Shown piece by piece: positions 63,594 to 64,000 of a DNA stretch of 64,000 nucleotides. The position numbers and the translations under genes were made by a program. Source of the DNA: an uncultured Christensenellaceae bacterium (GTDB lineage: Bacteria > Bacillota > Clostridia > Christensenellales > UBA3700); contig CALWHE010000002.1 in assembly GCA_944380295.1 (NCBI GenBank), forward strand, positions 121,237-185,236, written 5' to 3'. Under the pieces are notes generated by a model. It saw only the letters and a list, made by a program, of their open reading frames with translations. It was not told where the DNA came from and did no database searches. The stretch's first letter is position 1. Each line of letters starts with the position of its first letter.

Positions 63594-64000
63594 TTATTTG
63601 TCATACGACATCTGCATGCCGTAATCGCCGTTGAGTGCGGCGTATGCGCTGCCCAGCAGCGCCGCCCTGTTGCCCAAAGCCGCCTTTTTCAGCCTGTCCG
63701 CCACGGCGGGAGCGCACATGTTTTTCAATTTGTCCCACCATTGCTCTGCCATCTCCACCACGCCGCCGCCGATGAGTATCTCATCGGGATCGTATTTTTC
63801 GCAGGCATGATCGAGCACGGCTTTGAAGTCCGCGCAGAATTTATCCACCGCCGCGGCGCAGGCGGGATCGAACAATATCTCTTCCACCTTTTCCCTGCCG
63901 GCGTTCATCTTGATACCGGTGGCGGACACATACATCTCCGCGCAGCCCTTTTTGCCGCAGCGGCAATCTCTGCCGCCTTCATGCAAGACAACGTGCCCCA
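63594..64000 (-). CDS. ROK-family sugar kinase (likely ManNAc kinase-like), C-terminal part; 5' end beyond the window
   Basis: The frame continues upstream of the track's TTG start (..GHVVLHEGGRDCRCGKKGCAEMYVS), which is the ROK zinc motif CxCGxxGCxE. It lies directly upstream of nanA. Confidence 0.75.
   Translation of the reverse strand, partial: GHVVLHEGGRDCRCGKKGCAEMYVSATGIKMNAGREKVEEILFDPACAAAVDKFCADFKAVLDHACEKYDPDEILIGGGVVEMAEQWWDKLKNMCAPAVADRLKKAALGNRAALLGSAYAALNGDYGMQMSYDK

Overview
GC-rich bacterial chromosome segment with Gram-positive/Clostridia-like signals (TTGACA-17-TATAAT promoters, GGAGG Shine-Dalgarno sites, comF). The taxon is a guess. Most genes are on the minus strand. More than half the window (2119-38154) is one co-oriented block. 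It encodes a 7367-aa giant lipoprotein with about 14 copies of an unrecognised G-[IL]-Y...Y-[IV]-D-L-[ST] module interspersed with FN3-like domains. It also encodes a 4443-aa GLUG + MBG(YGX)-repeat adhesin with a non-LPXTG C-terminal anchor, and a translationally coupled small lipoprotein. Upstream lie about 1.5 kb of non-coding DNA containing decayed ~70-bp tandem repeats, and an orphan, atypical, Cys-rich OmpR-family regulator. The 41-56 kb stretch looks ordinary: MarR + heterodimeric ABC exporter, LRR lipoprotein, MFS/GPH/AEC transporters, ASCH + methyltransferase, M28-like peptidase and an acidic-repeat protein. At 56135-62553 a visibly AT-rich ~6.4-kb island, bounded by 45-bp direct repeats, abuts the 3' end of tRNA-Ala(GGC). 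It has no integrase. It carries a GmrSD-type (DUF262/DUF1524) enzyme and, divergently, a three-gene operon of two small TIR-like (DUF1863/ThsB-like) paralogs plus a caspase-like (C14) protease. That operon is the best candidate here for a new or variant Thoeris-like anti-phage system. The window starts with a truncated GH13 glucosidase and comF, and ends with nanA and a truncated ROK kinase. All calls rest on reading the sequence and ORF translations by eye; no searches were run.
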